Shown: positions 21,478 through 32,600 of the stretch, piece by piece | Numbering within the stretch: position 1 is the first letter of the stretch | How the letters are laid out: every line of letters begins with the position of its first letter | Source: Candidatus Bathyarchaeota archaeon | Lineage (GTDB): Archaea; Thermoproteota; Bathyarchaeia; Bathyarchaeales; DTEX01 | DNA length: 64,000 nucleotides | Assembly (NCBI GenBank): GCA_963714275.1 | Contig: CAVQNT010000002.1 | Location: 448,001-512,000, forward strand | Reading direction: 5' to 3' | Program-made: the position numbers and the translations under genes | Notes under the pieces: generated by a model | The model's database searches: none | What the model was told of the DNA's origin: nothing | Seen by the model: only the letters and a program-made list of their open reading frames with translations

Positions 21478-24199
21478 ATGGCGTTAAACCTGCTAGACAC
21501 TTACATGGAGAAACCGAAAAAAGAAAAAAAGACCAGCGAACCTCAGAAAACCCCATCGGAGACTCCGGTTAATGATTCTCAAATCTCGCAGAAGTCAGAA
21601 GAAATGGAAAGCTTATGAGGAACCAATCTTTATTGATGAACTTGTTCCGCACAACCTTCCACCGTCCTATTTGGTTTCTGCAACGTACGATGGCGAGACA
21701 AGGAAAGTCTGCCTGAAGCTTTACGAACCCCGTTCTCAGCGCATTTACCTTTGGTATGACACGCGGGGACACAAGCCGTACTGCTTCTCGAACATTCCGC
21801 CTGAGGAACTGAAGAAAATCAACCGTCTAGTAAACCAGCCTGGGTTCGACCATTTCGAGACCGAGACCAAGTATGATGCGCTGACCGACGAAAAAGTGGT
21901 CGTCACAAAAATCGTCGCGAAAGACCCACTGGCAATCGGCGGACGACCATCTGGGTGCATCAGAGACATAATCCCGGAGGATTACCCCAGAATTTTTGGT
22001 TCAGAAAAGCAACCCAAGGTTTGGGAAGCCGCGATAAAGTATTACCAGTGCTACATTAACGACGAAAAGATTTCTCCGGGCATGGTGTACAAAATCGAAA
22101 ACGGAGAACTCGTACCCGTCGTGAACAAGCAAGCTGAAGACACGGTTAACAAGATTTTGGAAACGCACTTTAAAGAAGAAACGGAGGACCTCATGCCCTA
22201 TCTGGAAACCTGGACTAGGCTCCTCGAGTATCCTGCGCCAGCGATGAGAAGGGTCGCTCTTGACATTGAGGTGTTTTCGCCGATTGCAACTAGAGTTCCA
22301 GACTCTGAGGAGACACCTTACCCCATAATCTGTGTTTCCTTGGCGGATTCAGACGGTAAGAAAAGGGTCCTGATTCTGAGGCGGGACGAGAAAAGAGGCT
22401 GAAGAGCACGATGTGAGGCTTCCGCCCGATGTTAGTGTTGAATTTTATAATTCGGAACGGGACCTTTATTCCGCCGTGTTTAGGGCTCTGGACGAGTATC
22501 CGTTTGTTTTAACCTTTAATGGAGATGACTTTGACCTTCAATACCTGTATCACAGGGCAGAAATAACTGGAATAAGAAAAGACGAGGTTCCCATAGAAGC
22601 TGGGCGAAAAGTGTTCCTTCTTAAACGGGGCGTTCACATAGACCTTTACAAGTTCTTCTTTAACCGTTCAATCCAGATTTACGCTTTCAGCCAAAAGTAC
22701 CGCAACATAACATTAGACGAGGTTTCCCAAGCCATTCTTGGAAAGTCTAAACTTCATTTTACGAAGCTCATTGGAGACCTTTCTTACGATGAGCTGGCAA
22801 AATACTGCCTCAACGACGCTGAACTGACTTTGGGTCTTACCGCGTATGAAGACGACTTGGTTATGAAGTCTCATTCTTGTCCTAGCAAGGATAAGCCGTA
22901 TGCCGATGGAAGATGTTAGCCGCCAAGGAGTTTCGCGGTGGATCAGGAGTTTCATGCAGTATGAGCACCGCAAAAACGGCATGTTGATTCCTAATCCAGA
23001 GGACATCTTAACCGTGAAGGGTACAACCGCCACAAAAGCCATAATTAAGGGAAAGAAGTACATGGGCGCCATCGTCGTTCAACCCATTCCCGGAGTACAC
23101 TTTAACGTTGCAGTTATGGACTTCCAAAGCCTGTACCCCTCAATCATAAAGGTTCACAACCTAGGTTATCAAACAGTCCGATGCCCCCACGAGGAGTGTA
23201 AGGAAAACAAGGTTCCAGGAACGCCTCACTGGGTCTGCAAGAAACACAGAGCCTTAGAAAGCGCATTGATAGGTTCTCTAAGAGACCTAAGGGTCGACTG
23301 GTATAAGCCTAAGGCAAAAGACAAATCACTCACAAGAGCCCAAAGAAACTGGTACAACGTCACCCAGAGCGCGTTGAAAGTTATTCTTAACGCTTCATAC
23401 GGGGTTTTTGGGGCGGACAGACTTTGACCTTTACTGTCCACCAGTGGCTGAAGCGACCGCGGCGATTGGGAGAAACATTATCACGCAGACCATTGATAAA
23501 GCCCGTGAACTCGGAATCCAAGTGCTTTACGGAGACACAGACAGCATTTTTCTGAAGAATCCTTCACCTGAACAGGTAAAAACCTTAACGAGCTGGTCGG
23601 AGAAGACTTTGGGCATGGAGATGGAGGTTGACAAGTTTTACCGCTACGCTGTTTTGAGTTCTCGGAAGAAGAACTACCTCGGCGTCTTCGAGGACGGAAG
23701 CGTGGACGTTAAGGGATTAACGGGCAAGAAACGGCACATTCCGCACTTAATAAAAAGATATTTTGACAAGATGGAAATCCTTTTGAGCCAAGTTAAGACG
23801 CCAGATGATTTCGAAGTCACGAAGAAGGATGTTGAAAAAATAATCCGGGAATGCTATAATATTATTAAACGGCGGGAATGGGGCAACCTGAACGATTTAG
23901 CCTTCGAAATTGTTCTCGGCAAAGTCCCTAAAGCCTACACGAAAACGACGCCTCAACACGTTAAAGCCGCGGTGCAGCTCAAAGACAAAGGCATCGAAAT
24001 CAACGCGGGCGACCTCATAAGGTTCGTTAAGGTCGCAAGGGCCCCACATGTTAAACCCATTGAACTAGCACTTGACCGAGAAATAGACACCGACAAATAC
24101 GTTGCTTACCTGCAGTCAACATTTGACCAAATTTTGGATGCTTTAGGCTTAGAGTTCGACAAAATAATCGGGCTAACCAAGCTTGAACAGTTCATGTAA
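21478..24199 (+). CDS. polB: Family B DNA polymerase (crenarchaeal PolB1-like), broken by about four indels
   Basis: ExoI DIE, ExoII FNGDDFD, ExoIII YCLND; DFQSLYPSII, KVILNASYG and YGDTDS across consecutive ORFs. Confidence 0.9.
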
Positions 24200-24264
24200 C
24201 CCTCGTTCGTTTTATATAGCAGTAGCAGCCTAGTGATTTGCGTTTGGGTTCTGGAGGAGGAATT

Positions 24265-25093
24265 GTGCGGATTTTGAACTCACGTGAATCAATAATTGAG
24301 CTGACCCGTCTGAACCCTTTCGACAGATTTCCAGACGGAAGACCACACGTGCCAGACGACCTTGTTGAACGCATGAAAAATGTCACCACCGAGCAGGCTT
24401 GGGGCGTGATGCGGGGAAACGAGCTACAACAACCAATTTGAAGGAAACTGGTTCCGCTCGCATCCTGAACGTACCCTTGTTGGCAGAGCAGTCACGGCGA
24501 TGATGGTCCCCAAGAGACCTGACTTGAACGATCTTGTTGAGGAAACGGGGAAAGCTGAGGGACGAAAGGGAGGGCAAAACTCGTGGGTCATCGACACGCT
24601 TAAGCCCGGAGACGTTATGGTCGTCGACATGTTTGGCAAGGTCAAAAACGGAACTTTCGTGGGAGACAATTTGTCCACTTCGCTGCGTGCGCACACAAAA
24701 GCTGGAGCGGTCATCGACGGTGGTGTCCGAGATTTCCAGGGCATACTTGAGCTGCCTGACATTGTGATTTTTTGTCGTGGAATAGACCCGACGGCGATTG
24801 AAGACTCAACCTTAGTCGGCATCAATATACCAATTCGGATCGGTCAAGCAACCGTGTTGCCTGGAGACATTGTTTTGGGAACCGTTACAGGCGTCGTTTT
24901 CGTTCCGCCAAACTTGGTGCAGAAAGTAGTTGAAATCTCCGAGGACATCGGAATGAGGGACACTTTTGGTAAACAGCGGCTGATGGAAGGTCGTTACACG
25001 CCGGGCGAGATCGATACGAAATGGATCGAACCGATTGAGCAGGACTACCAGAACTGGTTGAAGGAGAAGAAGGCTCAAAGGGGTACAGGTTGA
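24265..25093 (+). CDS. RraA / HMG-aldolase family protein (frameshift near 24420)
   Basis: GDVMVVD, VIDGGVRD, VLPGDIVLG; GGAGG SD before GTG. Confidence 0.8.
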
Positions 25094-26007
25094 ATAGAAA
25101 TTCCGTAAACCCAAATTCTGCGAAACCCATCGTAGCCTTGACTGAATCAAAAAGCCATTTTAACGGCGTATTTGAAGCCCTGAAACTTGTCGAAAACCAG
25201 ATCGAAGAAGGTTTGAAAGGAAAAAAGAAGATCCTAATTAAACCAAACTTTGTTTCAGTCAGCAATCAGTTGGCTGCCACCCACGTTGACGCTGTTCAGG
25301 CAGTTCTGGACATGGTCAGTAAATACTATTCTGGAAAAATAGTGGTCGGAGAGGGACCTGCCTTTTCGAGCCTGAAAAATGCTTTGGTCAACTTTGATTT
25401 CCTCAAACTCCAAAAACAATACAATGTGGATTTTGTGGACTTAAACGAAGATGACAGCGTCGAAATTGAGGTAACTGGGTCACAACAACGACCATCAAGG
25501 TTCAACGTTTCGAAAACGGTTGTTGAAAGCGACTACCGAATATCGGTTGCCCTGCCCAAAACGCACGACTTCGTCATCGCAACTTTCACAATAAAAAACA
25601 TTGTCGTAGGCAGCTTAATCGGACACGCATACACGCACGAAAAATGGAAGATCCATCAGGGATACAAAGCCATGAACCTTTACTTGGCAGCGTTAGCGAA
25701 GAAGGTGATGCCTAACTTGGGCGTGATAGACGGTTTTCAAGGCATGGAAGGAAGAGGTCCCGTTGGAGGTGATCCAGTTGACTTGAGGGTTGCAGCTGCC
25801 AGTATTTTTCCAGTTTCCCTTGATGCTGTGATGAGCGTTGTTATTGGGTTCGATCCGCTGGACATCGGCTATCTTTACCATTTGAATGATTGGGGAGTGG
25901 GCGTTGCAGACTTAAGTGGGATTGAGATTGCTGGATTGCCCATTGAGATGGTTAAAAGAAAGTTTAAGCCACATCCCGATTTTTACGAAATGCTAAAATG
26001 GAAATAG
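25090..26007 (+). CDS. DUF362 domain protein
   Basis: ILIKPN, PKTH, KNIVVG, IDGFQGMEGRGP, SLDAV. Confidence 0.85.
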   Translation: MNRNSVNPNSAKPIVALTESKSHFNGVFEALKLVENQIEEGLKGKKKILIKPNFVSVSNQLAATHVDAVQAVLDMVSKYYSGKIVVGEGPAFSSLKNALVNFDFLKLQKQYNVDFVDLNEDDSVEIEVTGSQQRPSRFNVSKTVVESDYRISVALPKTHDFVIATFTIKNIVVGSLIGHAYTHEKWKIHQGYKAMNLYLAALAKKVMPNLGVIDGFQGMEGRGPVGGDPVDLRVAAASIFPVSLDAVMSVVIGFDPLDIGYLYHLNDWGVGVADLSGIEIAGLPIEMVKRKFKPHPDFYEMLKWK

Positions 26008-26047
26008 GAGTCTATAGTATTGTTGGTATTGAATGGAGGAATGATGT

Positions 26048-26359
26048 TTGAAGGTTTTCTCGATCTACGATAATGAGCATCCGTTTGAACAGGTCATAAA
26101 AGACGAAGATTACTTAGGCATATTATACGCCAATGTCAAGTATCTGAAGCCCAAAGAAGACGAAGGAGTCCACAGCCACGACGACCACATAGAATTATAT
26201 GTTTGCTTTCAGGGAAAAGGAACGGTTCTGACAGACAAAGGCGACATCAGAGTTTCTAGAGGCGACGTAATAGTCTTTGAATCAGGCGAAGGGCACGGCT
26301 TCGAATCCGACGAGGTTGACCCACTGGCCTACTTATGCGTAGGAATTAGAATCCCATAA
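26048..26359 (+). CDS. Cupin-domain protein
   Basis: HSHDDHIELY...GEGHG cupin motifs. Confidence 0.8.
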   Translation: MKVFSIYDNEHPFEQVIKDEDYLGILYANVKYLKPKEDEGVHSHDDHIELYVCFQGKGTVLTDKGDIRVSRGDVIVFESGEGHGFESDEVDPLAYLCVGIRIP

Positions 26360-26401
26360 AAATAATAAAAAAATTAAGAATTTCGTATTTTCGACGATTG
26401 C

Positions 26402-26770
26402 TTAGGTTTGAGCTTCATAGGATTTACCGAGTGATTCTTTGGCTTTTTCCTTTAGTTCCTTTATTTGGTTAACGGTTTTCATGACTTTTTCGAAGAGGTC
26501 TTTGCGTGCGTTTATGCCCTCTTTTATGAAGAACGCTGTGGCTTCGGACCTGCTTTTGAAGACTTCTACCTCGACCAGTGCGTCTATTTTGGCTAGGTCG
26601 TCGTCGTTCAACCGTGTCATTACGACATTTTCTCTGCCTTCAAGCCCGTGTCCAAGTTCCATTATGATTTTCTTGCCCATTTTGTGGGTCAAGCCGTGAT
26701 GGTCTCCATCGTGACAGCACATTACGATGCATTCCTCGTCTTCTTCTTTCTCTGTCTCTTTTTCGCCCAT
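26402..26770 (-). CDS. Ribbon-helix-helix (CopG-like) regulator with Cys/His-rich N-terminus
   Basis: VVMTRLNDDDLAKIDALVEVEVFKSRSEATAFFIKEG. Confidence 0.75.
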   Translation of the reverse strand: MGEKETEKEEDEECIVMCCHDGDHHGLTHKMGKKIIMELGHGLEGRENVVMTRLNDDDLAKIDALVEVEVFKSRSEATAFFIKEGINARKDLFEKVMKTVNQIKELKEKAKESLGKSYEAQT

Positions 26771-26789
26771 TTTTCCATCCTCTCCTACC

Positions 26790-26824
26790 TGTATTGTGTA
26801 ATTTGTATTTTGTAAAATGTAATT
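26790..26824. promoter_or_regulatory. Five tandem 7-bp repeats (TGTAWWN), putative RHH operator
   Basis: tgtattg tgtaatt tgtattt tgtaaaa tgtaatt between a TATA-like CTTAAGTA and the RHH start. Confidence 0.6.
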
Positions 26825-26903
26825 GTGATACTTAAGTCTTGTGGTAGAACCTGTCTCGTAAAAACGGGCAGATTTTTTTTCTTAACATTAACACAATGAA
26901 GCT

Positions 26904-27443
26904 TTACGCATAGACCTTTAGTCCTCTGGATTTTATGGGCTCAATGACATTCGGTTGGCTTATGGCTACGAGTAGAACGTAGCCGATCACAGCGATTGCG
27001 ACTAAGCTACTGAGGGTGATGCTGACAACCATTGCCGTCCAAGGCTGAAGCGGCACTCCAAAAATGTCAGGCGGAGGAACAAAGATCCACAGGTATCCGC
27101 CAACGATTGCTCCTACGATTAAGGATGCGAGTATGCAGCCTAGAAGCTTCCTTTTCCTGAACGCGAAAATCATTAGGGTGGCTATGAAGTTGGCGACTGA
27201 ACCGAAGACAACATCGAACAGATTCAACGATCCGAAGGCTATCATGCCTCCAACAGCATTACCGACCAGGCATCCTAATGTGGCTCCCCAGACAATAGGC
27301 CAGCCGAATAACGCTGCAAGGGGTAGCAGGCAGTCTGCTACTCTGAGTTGGATGGGTCCTGAGGATATGGGTGCCAGAAAAATGACGAGAACAGCATATA
27401 AGCTTGCGAAGACAGCAGATAAGCTAACGGTTTTGACGTCCAC
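26904..27443 (-). CDS. queT: QueT-family transporter (7-deazaguanine precursor S component)
   Basis: ASLYAVL, PISSGPIQLRVAD, GCLVGN, DVVFGS. Confidence 0.8.
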   Translation of the reverse strand: MDVKTVSLSAVFASLYAVLVIFLAPISSGPIQLRVADCLLPLAALFGWPIVWGATLGCLVGNAVGGMIAFGSLNLFDVVFGSVANFIATLMIFAFRKRKLLGCILASLIVGAIVGGYLWIFVPPPDIFGVPLQPWTAMVVSITLSSLVAIAVIGYVLLVAISQPNVIEPIKSRGLKVYA

Positions 27444-27516
27444 TCTTTTACACCTCCAACTCCGGGATTTGTTAGGCGGAACGGGTGGAGGTGACTTCCA
27501 CTCACCCGCCGTTGAC
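27444..27516 (-). promoter_or_regulatory. Structured GC-rich 5' leader with SD/anti-SD switch (riboswitch candidate)
   Basis: CACCUCCA (27486-27493) is perfectly complementary to SD UGGAGGUG (27451-27458) and also lies in an alternative hairpin. Confidence 0.5.
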
Positions 27517-27624
27517 TACAACAATGGTTGACGATTAATAAAATTTTCGTAAATGATGTTTTATCATAAAAACAGTCTAAATGGAGAGTTGGAAAATAAG
27601 AGAAAAAATTGTAAAAAAGGGTGG

Positions 27625-28014
27625 TTATGTGATTTTGAGTTCTGTGCTTTTTTGGGCGCACTCTTTGTAGTTCTTTAGAGTGATTTCGATAAGTTGTTTT
27701 ATGTGGTCTTTAGTTTGGATTCCAACAGCAGTAGCAAGAGGTTTACCTGAGCAGAAGAAAATGACTGTCGGGGTGCTCATGACTCCGAGGTGGAGGGCGA
27801 TATGCTGGTTTTCGTGGCTTTTAAAAACGTTCAGGGTCGCGAATTTGGCTTTGTCTTTGTATTCTTCAGCGACCTCGTTAAAAATTGGGGCAAGCCTTAT
27901 GCACCATGGGCATTGTTCGTGCCAGAAATCGACGACAACCAAGCCTTCAAATTTTAGGACTTCCCCTTCCCAATTGTCTGAGCCAACTTCTAAAACACTG
28001 CTCACGTAGTTCAC
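27625..28014 (-). CDS. Thioredoxin-family protein
   Basis: VVDFWHEQCPWC, GVMSTPT cis-Pro loop. Confidence 0.85.
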   Translation of the reverse strand: MNYVSSVLEVGSDNWEGEVLKFEGLVVVDFWHEQCPWCIRLAPIFNEVAEEYKDKAKFATLNVFKSHENQHIALHLGVMSTPTVIFFCSGKPLATAVGIQTKDHIKQLIEITLKNYKECAQKSTELKIT

Positions 28015-28133
28015 ACCTCACGTACATTATTAAAAACATAGGTTTTCTGAATTATATAGACAATCATGGCACAGAACAATCCATAAACCCTTTAATAAAC
28101 CTGAAAAATTTGTTATTGAACAAGGAATCCTTG

Positions 28134-28985
28134 ATGACAGACCCCGAAGAATCTGAACAGCTGAAACAAAGACTTACTCAAGCCATCGGAGAGTTGAGAC
28201 CGAAAGATGTTGGGGTAGCCTTTTCGGGGGGAGTTGACAGTTCGGTTCTTGCCAAGCTCTGCAAGGGTGCTGGTAAAAACGCCACGTTGTTTACAGTTGG
28301 TTTCAACGATGAGATAGACATCAAGGTGGCATCCGAGGTTGCAGGATTGCTTGGGCTCAACCTTCATTGCGACCTAGTGTCTCTGGAAGAGCTAGAGAAC
28401 GGTCTAAAAATCGTGCTGGAAAGGATAGAGTTTGAAAGAATCGTCCGTTTCGAAAACTGTGCGTGCTTCTACTACGTGTTCAGGTTGGCTTCCAAGCATG
28501 GATTAAAGACAGTGGTTTCCGCGAATGGGATGGACGAGCTTTTTTGTGGGTACTCAATCTATAAAACCCATTTTGGCGAAGAAGACGAAACGAAGATTCT
28601 GATGAAAAACCTTGTCGATGCGGCATACAAAGACAAAATCGAAATGAACAAGCTTGCGTCGCTGTTCGGAATAGATTACGTGTGCCCCTTCATGTCTGAG
28701 GAATTTGTGGACTTCGCCATGAGTATTCCGTTGGACTGCAAAATAAAAGGCGTTGATGATGACGTGAGAAAGCATATTCTAAGAGAAGTTGCGTTAAGCA
28801 TCGGCGTCCCCTTGCAAGCAGCCCTCAAACCGAAGAAGGCTTTCCAGTATAGCTCAGGTATACACAAAGCCATCACAGAATTAGCTAAAAATAAAGGCTT
28901 CACAAAAACCAAAGCGAAGACTGCTGGATTCATAAGTAAAATGGATGCCTATATAAGCAGTTTAAAATATGTTCCTCAATCCTAA
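28134..28985 (+). CDS. Asparagine synthase C-terminal (PP-loop) domain protein
   Basis: AFSGGVDSS, NGMDELFCGY, KHILR, KKAFQYSSG; no glutaminase domain. Confidence 0.8.
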   Translation: MTDPEESEQLKQRLTQAIGELRPKDVGVAFSGGVDSSVLAKLCKGAGKNATLFTVGFNDEIDIKVASEVAGLLGLNLHCDLVSLEELENGLKIVLERIEFERIVRFENCACFYYVFRLASKHGLKTVVSANGMDELFCGYSIYKTHFGEEDETKILMKNLVDAAYKDKIEMNKLASLFGIDYVCPFMSEEFVDFAMSIPLDCKIKGVDDDVRKHILREVALSIGVPLQAALKPKKAFQYSSGIHKAITELAKNKGFTKTKAKTAGFISKMDAYISSLKYVPQS

Positions 28986-28986
28986 A

Positions 28987-29991
28987 TTACAATCTGTTTT
29001 TTTTGAATACTTTCCCTTTTTGTTCTGGGACGACGTTTGTCGGAGCCTTTCCCGTTAAGACTTCTCGGATGCTTTCTGCGACTGATAAAGCCATTTGGTG
29101 CCTAGTTTCGGTTGTAGCGGTCGCCACGTGAGGCGTCATGATTGCTTTTTCGTTCTTTGTCAGTGGATTTTCCAGTGGTAAGGGTTCTTTCTCGAACACG
29201 TCTAAGCCTGCGCCTGCAATCCAAGATTCATCCAAGGCTTTGCAAAGCGCATTTTCGTCAACCACCGAACCACGAGAAGTGTTTATGAGGTATGCGGTTT
29301 TTTTCATGAGTTTTAGTTCTTTTTCGCTAATCAAATGCTTGGTCTCGGATGATAGTGGAACGTGGATTGTGACGAAATCCGAGGTTTTCAGGAGACTTTC
29401 GAATTCTGCGTATTTGATGCTGAGCTCTTCTTCTATTTTTTTGTTCCTGACTTTATCGTAGTAGACCAGATTCATCTTGAAAGCTTTCGCCCTCGCTGCA
29501 ACCTCGTATCCGATGCGGCCTAAACCAATTATGCCCAGCGTTTTGCTGACAAGGTCTGTTCCTGTTGTTTGCGTAGAAAAGCCTGATTTTGCCCATTCCG
29601 TTCTGACAAATCGGTCGCAGAAAGGAATCTTTCTTGATAGGTTAAGCATTAATCCTATTGTGAGCTCCGCGACAGCGTTTGAGACTACTCTCGGCGTGAT
29701 GGTGGCGTAGACTCCGTGTCTCGTGCACGCTTCAACGTCGATTGAGTCGTATCCGACGCCTGTTCGGGAAACAACCCTCAGTTTCGGCGCTTTGCTGAGT
29801 AGTTCTTCGCCTGTGGTTCCCCAGACGACCATGGCTTCGGCTTGTTTCAGTATTTTTTCGAATTCTTCCTTGTCAGTTGGGGAAACGTAGCGGACTTCAG
29901 CTATGTCGCTTAGGCTTGTTTCGAAGATTGTTGGTCGTTCGTTTGGCGGAGGAGACGGAATCAATACTTTAGGCTTGTGTTGGGCTTTCAT
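28987..29991 (-). CDS. D-2-hydroxyacid dehydrogenase / glyoxylate reductase
   Basis: GVGYD, GLGRIG, INTSRG, LDVFEKEP, TPHVA. Confidence 0.9.
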   Translation of the reverse strand: MKAQHKPKVLIPSPPPNERPTIFETSLSDIAEVRYVSPTDKEEFEKILKQAEAMVVWGTTGEELLSKAPKLRVVSRTGVGYDSIDVEACTRHGVYATITPRVVSNAVAELTIGLMLNLSRKIPFCDRFVRTEWAKSGFSTQTTGTDLVSKTLGIIGLGRIGYEVAARAKAFKMNLVYYDKVRNKKIEEELSIKYAEFESLLKTSDFVTIHVPLSSETKHLISEKELKLMKKTAYLINTSRGSVVDENALCKALDESWIAGAGLDVFEKEPLPLENPLTKNEKAIMTPHVATATTETRHQMALSVAESIREVLTGKAPTNVVPEQKGKVFKKNRL

Positions 29992-30079
29992 TGTCTTTCA
30001 TGGGCTCCAATACTTTGTTGTTTGGGCTATTCATTTCACTTAATGAGCCTTAAACTTTTTTCTTCAATCCATTTGACCG

Positions 30080-30664
30080 TTGACTAAAAATATGTCTCCT
30101 TTTCCATATTATTGTAATCGAATGTTTGGAGAGAATGTTGGCTTGGAGTTTTTTGAGGTCCTAAAGCTTAGGAGAAGCACACGGGCGTTTATGGATGAAA
30201 GAGTCTCTGAGGAAGACATAGTGAAATTGCTTGAAGCAGCCCGATTGGCTCCCTCGGCGGGAAATATTCAGCCATGGAGTTTCGTCGTCGTTCGAGACAC
30301 CGATATTAAAAGAAGGCTGGCTGAGGCTGCTTTGAACCAGTCTTTCATAAATGAGGCCCCCGTCGTCATCGTGGTCTGCGCTGACCCAGACAGGTCGAAG
30401 CAGCGTTACGGAAACAGAGGGGTAAACCTTTTCTGCATTCAGGACACGGCTGCAGCAATCCAGAACATGTTGTTGGCTGTGGTTGATTTGGGTTTAGGCG
30501 CTTGTTGGGTCGGAGCGTTTCAGGAAGACATGGTAAAAATAGCCTTAAGAATTCCTGAGAATTTGAGACCTGTCGCCATAATTCCTGTTGGGAGACCAAC
30601 GGAGAAGCCAAATCTTCCGTATAGGCGACCTTTAGAGGAAATTGTCCGTCATGAAACATTCTAG
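30080..30664 (+). CDS. Nitroreductase family protein
   Basis: RRSTRAF, APSAGNIQPW, QNMLL, GLGACW; start likely downstream of the ORF start. Confidence 0.9.
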   Translation: MTKNMSPFPYYCNRMFGENVGLEFFEVLKLRRSTRAFMDERVSEEDIVKLLEAARLAPSAGNIQPWSFVVVRDTDIKRRLAEAALNQSFINEAPVVIVVCADPDRSKQRYGNRGVNLFCIQDTAAAIQNMLLAVVDLGLGACWVGAFQEDMVKIALRIPENLRPVAIIPVGRPTEKPNLPYRRPLEEIVRHETF

Positions 30665-30726
30665 GTTATCGTCAATTTTTCGTCATGTCTTCACAAAGAA
30701 TATAAAGCATTATACGATATTCATGG

Positions 30727-31572
30727 TTGGTGAGATTTTTGATATCATGTACATATTGCGGAGCAGAATTGGACGCAAACGCGAAGTTTTGTCCTAAATG
30801 TGGCGCAAGTGTAGCTGCCGTTCAGGCGCAGAGCATGTCCATAAAATATGAAATTAAGTATCGACCGTCGTATTCTCTGCTTGAGGTTCAACTGCCGAAT
30901 AATGGCTTCATCACAGCTGAAGCTGGTGCCATGACTTACATGAGTAGTAATGTTGAGGTAAAGACTCACACGAGGGTTGAGCAGTCAGGTCTTTTGGGCA
31001 CACTCAAGGTTTCAGTGCTTGGTGGAGAAACGCTATTTATCAATGACTTCTTTGCTCGAGGTGGAGATGCCAAAGTCGGGTTCGTTTCAGCTCCGCTTGG
31101 CGACATTACACGTTTGGAGGTTAACCAAAACAAGGGATACATCATTCAGAGCTCCGCTTACATTGCTTCTACGCCGAACGTTAAACTGGACACTCAGTGG
31201 CAGGGTTTCACGAAGGGGTTGTTTGGGCAGAACCTGTTCATGATTAAGACTTTGGGCGAGGGAGACGTTTTCGTGAATACTTTCGGAGCTATAGACAAGC
31301 ATGATTTGGGACCTGGCGAAAAATTGATTGTTGATAACTTTCATTTGGCTGCCCTAAGCACGACTTGCCAGTATCAAGTTAGAATGTTCGGAGGACTCAA
31401 GTCCACATTGCTGGGCGGAGAAGGGCTCATAACGGAAGTGACTGGACCCGGAGAAATCTACGTTCAAACCAAGAACCCTCGTGAATTTGCAGACTGGCTT
31501 TGGAGATACATAGGTCCAAAGGTTCACGGTGCTGCTCAAAGGACAAAAGGAATACACTTCGGAATGGGATAA
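30727..31572 (+). CDS. Zinc-ribbon + AIM24/TIGR00266 family protein
   Basis: CTYC...CPKC; AEAGAM, GGETLF, VDNFH, GGEGL, GPGEIYVQT. Confidence 0.85.
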   Translation: MVRFLISCTYCGAELDANAKFCPKCGASVAAVQAQSMSIKYEIKYRPSYSLLEVQLPNNGFITAEAGAMTYMSSNVEVKTHTRVEQSGLLGTLKVSVLGGETLFINDFFARGGDAKVGFVSAPLGDITRLEVNQNKGYIIQSSAYIASTPNVKLDTQWQGFTKGLFGQNLFMIKTLGEGDVFVNTFGAIDKHDLGPGEKLIVDNFHLAALSTTCQYQVRMFGGLKSTLLGGEGLITEVTGPGEIYVQTKNPREFADWLWRYIGPKVHGAAQRTKGIHFGMG

Positions 31573-31680
31573 CCAAAGATTCTTATTTTTTTCTCCGAAT
31601 TAGTTTTTTCTTTTTGTTTCTGAATTAAATGTTTTATGTCTAACTGCTGAAATGATAATTTGAATTAGAGGTGGTGCTGT

Positions 31681-32497
31681 TTGTCGGTTAATGTTCCATT
31701 CTTGGCGGTGATTGGTCGCAAGCATTCTGGGAAAACAACCGTGGTCGAAGGGTTAGTGGCTAATTTTGTGAAGAAAGGATTACGGGTTGCCACGGTTAAA
31801 CATGTCAGCCAAAGCGGCTTCTCGATGGACTCTGAAGGAAAGGACACGTGGAGGCACTCGGTTGCAGGAGCCAATCCGGTGATACTAGTTTCGGACAAGG
31901 AGATGACCATAAAAATTAGGGACGGAGCATCGGTGTCGCTGGGCACCTTGTCAAAAATAGCGGAGGAAAACAAGGCTAACGTCATCATAATTGAGGGTCA
32001 TTCATTTATTGTCCTCAAAGACAAAAGGGTGGGCAAAATAGTGTGCGTAAGAAGCAAAGAAGAATACAACGAGTTCAAAGAAAACGCTATCGGCGAAGTT
32101 CTAGCATACTGCTCAATTCAGCCTATTGAGGAGCAAGTCTTAAACACAAAAACTGGTCTGTCCGTCATGACGGAAAAGGCAACAATTTTCATCGAAAAAA
32201 GCCAGAAAATCATTGAGATACAAAAGCAGCTGTTCGGTTTGGATTGTCAAAAATGCGGCAAAGCGACGTGCTGGGAGCTGGCTGATGCCATTTATAGAGG
32301 CGAAGCTGAAGCTCGAAGAGTGCTTCCCGTTAAAAACCAAACATGAACTCAAAGCTACAATCATAGTTAAAAACGCCGAGGTTCCGGTTCAACCCTTCAT
32401 CGCTGAAATTGTGCGAAAAACGGTTCTCGGCATGATTTCAACCCTAAAAGGAGTCGACATCAAAGGCGAAGAACAAATCTACATAAAAATATCGTAA
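31681..32497 (+). CDS. mobB: MobB with C-terminal Fe-S domain (frameshift near 32310)
   Basis: GRKHSGKTT, TVKH, GKDTWRH; DCQKCGKATC...C; ...PFIAEIVRKTVLGMISTLKG. Confidence 0.85.
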
Positions 32498-32600
32498 AGT
32501 ATCCCGTATTTACTGCATCTACTTGAAAATACAAAAAATCCCTTGGTACCGAACCAAAATTTAGTTTGGTTTACTACATAGTTACATTAAAATAAGATGT

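Noticed and set aside
21478-24199. Split polB as an inactivated or programmed-frameshift polymerase
   Set aside because: All catalytic motifs are intact, and similar 1-bp breaks hit roughly twenty unrelated genes including aglB, so sequencing error is the simpler explanation
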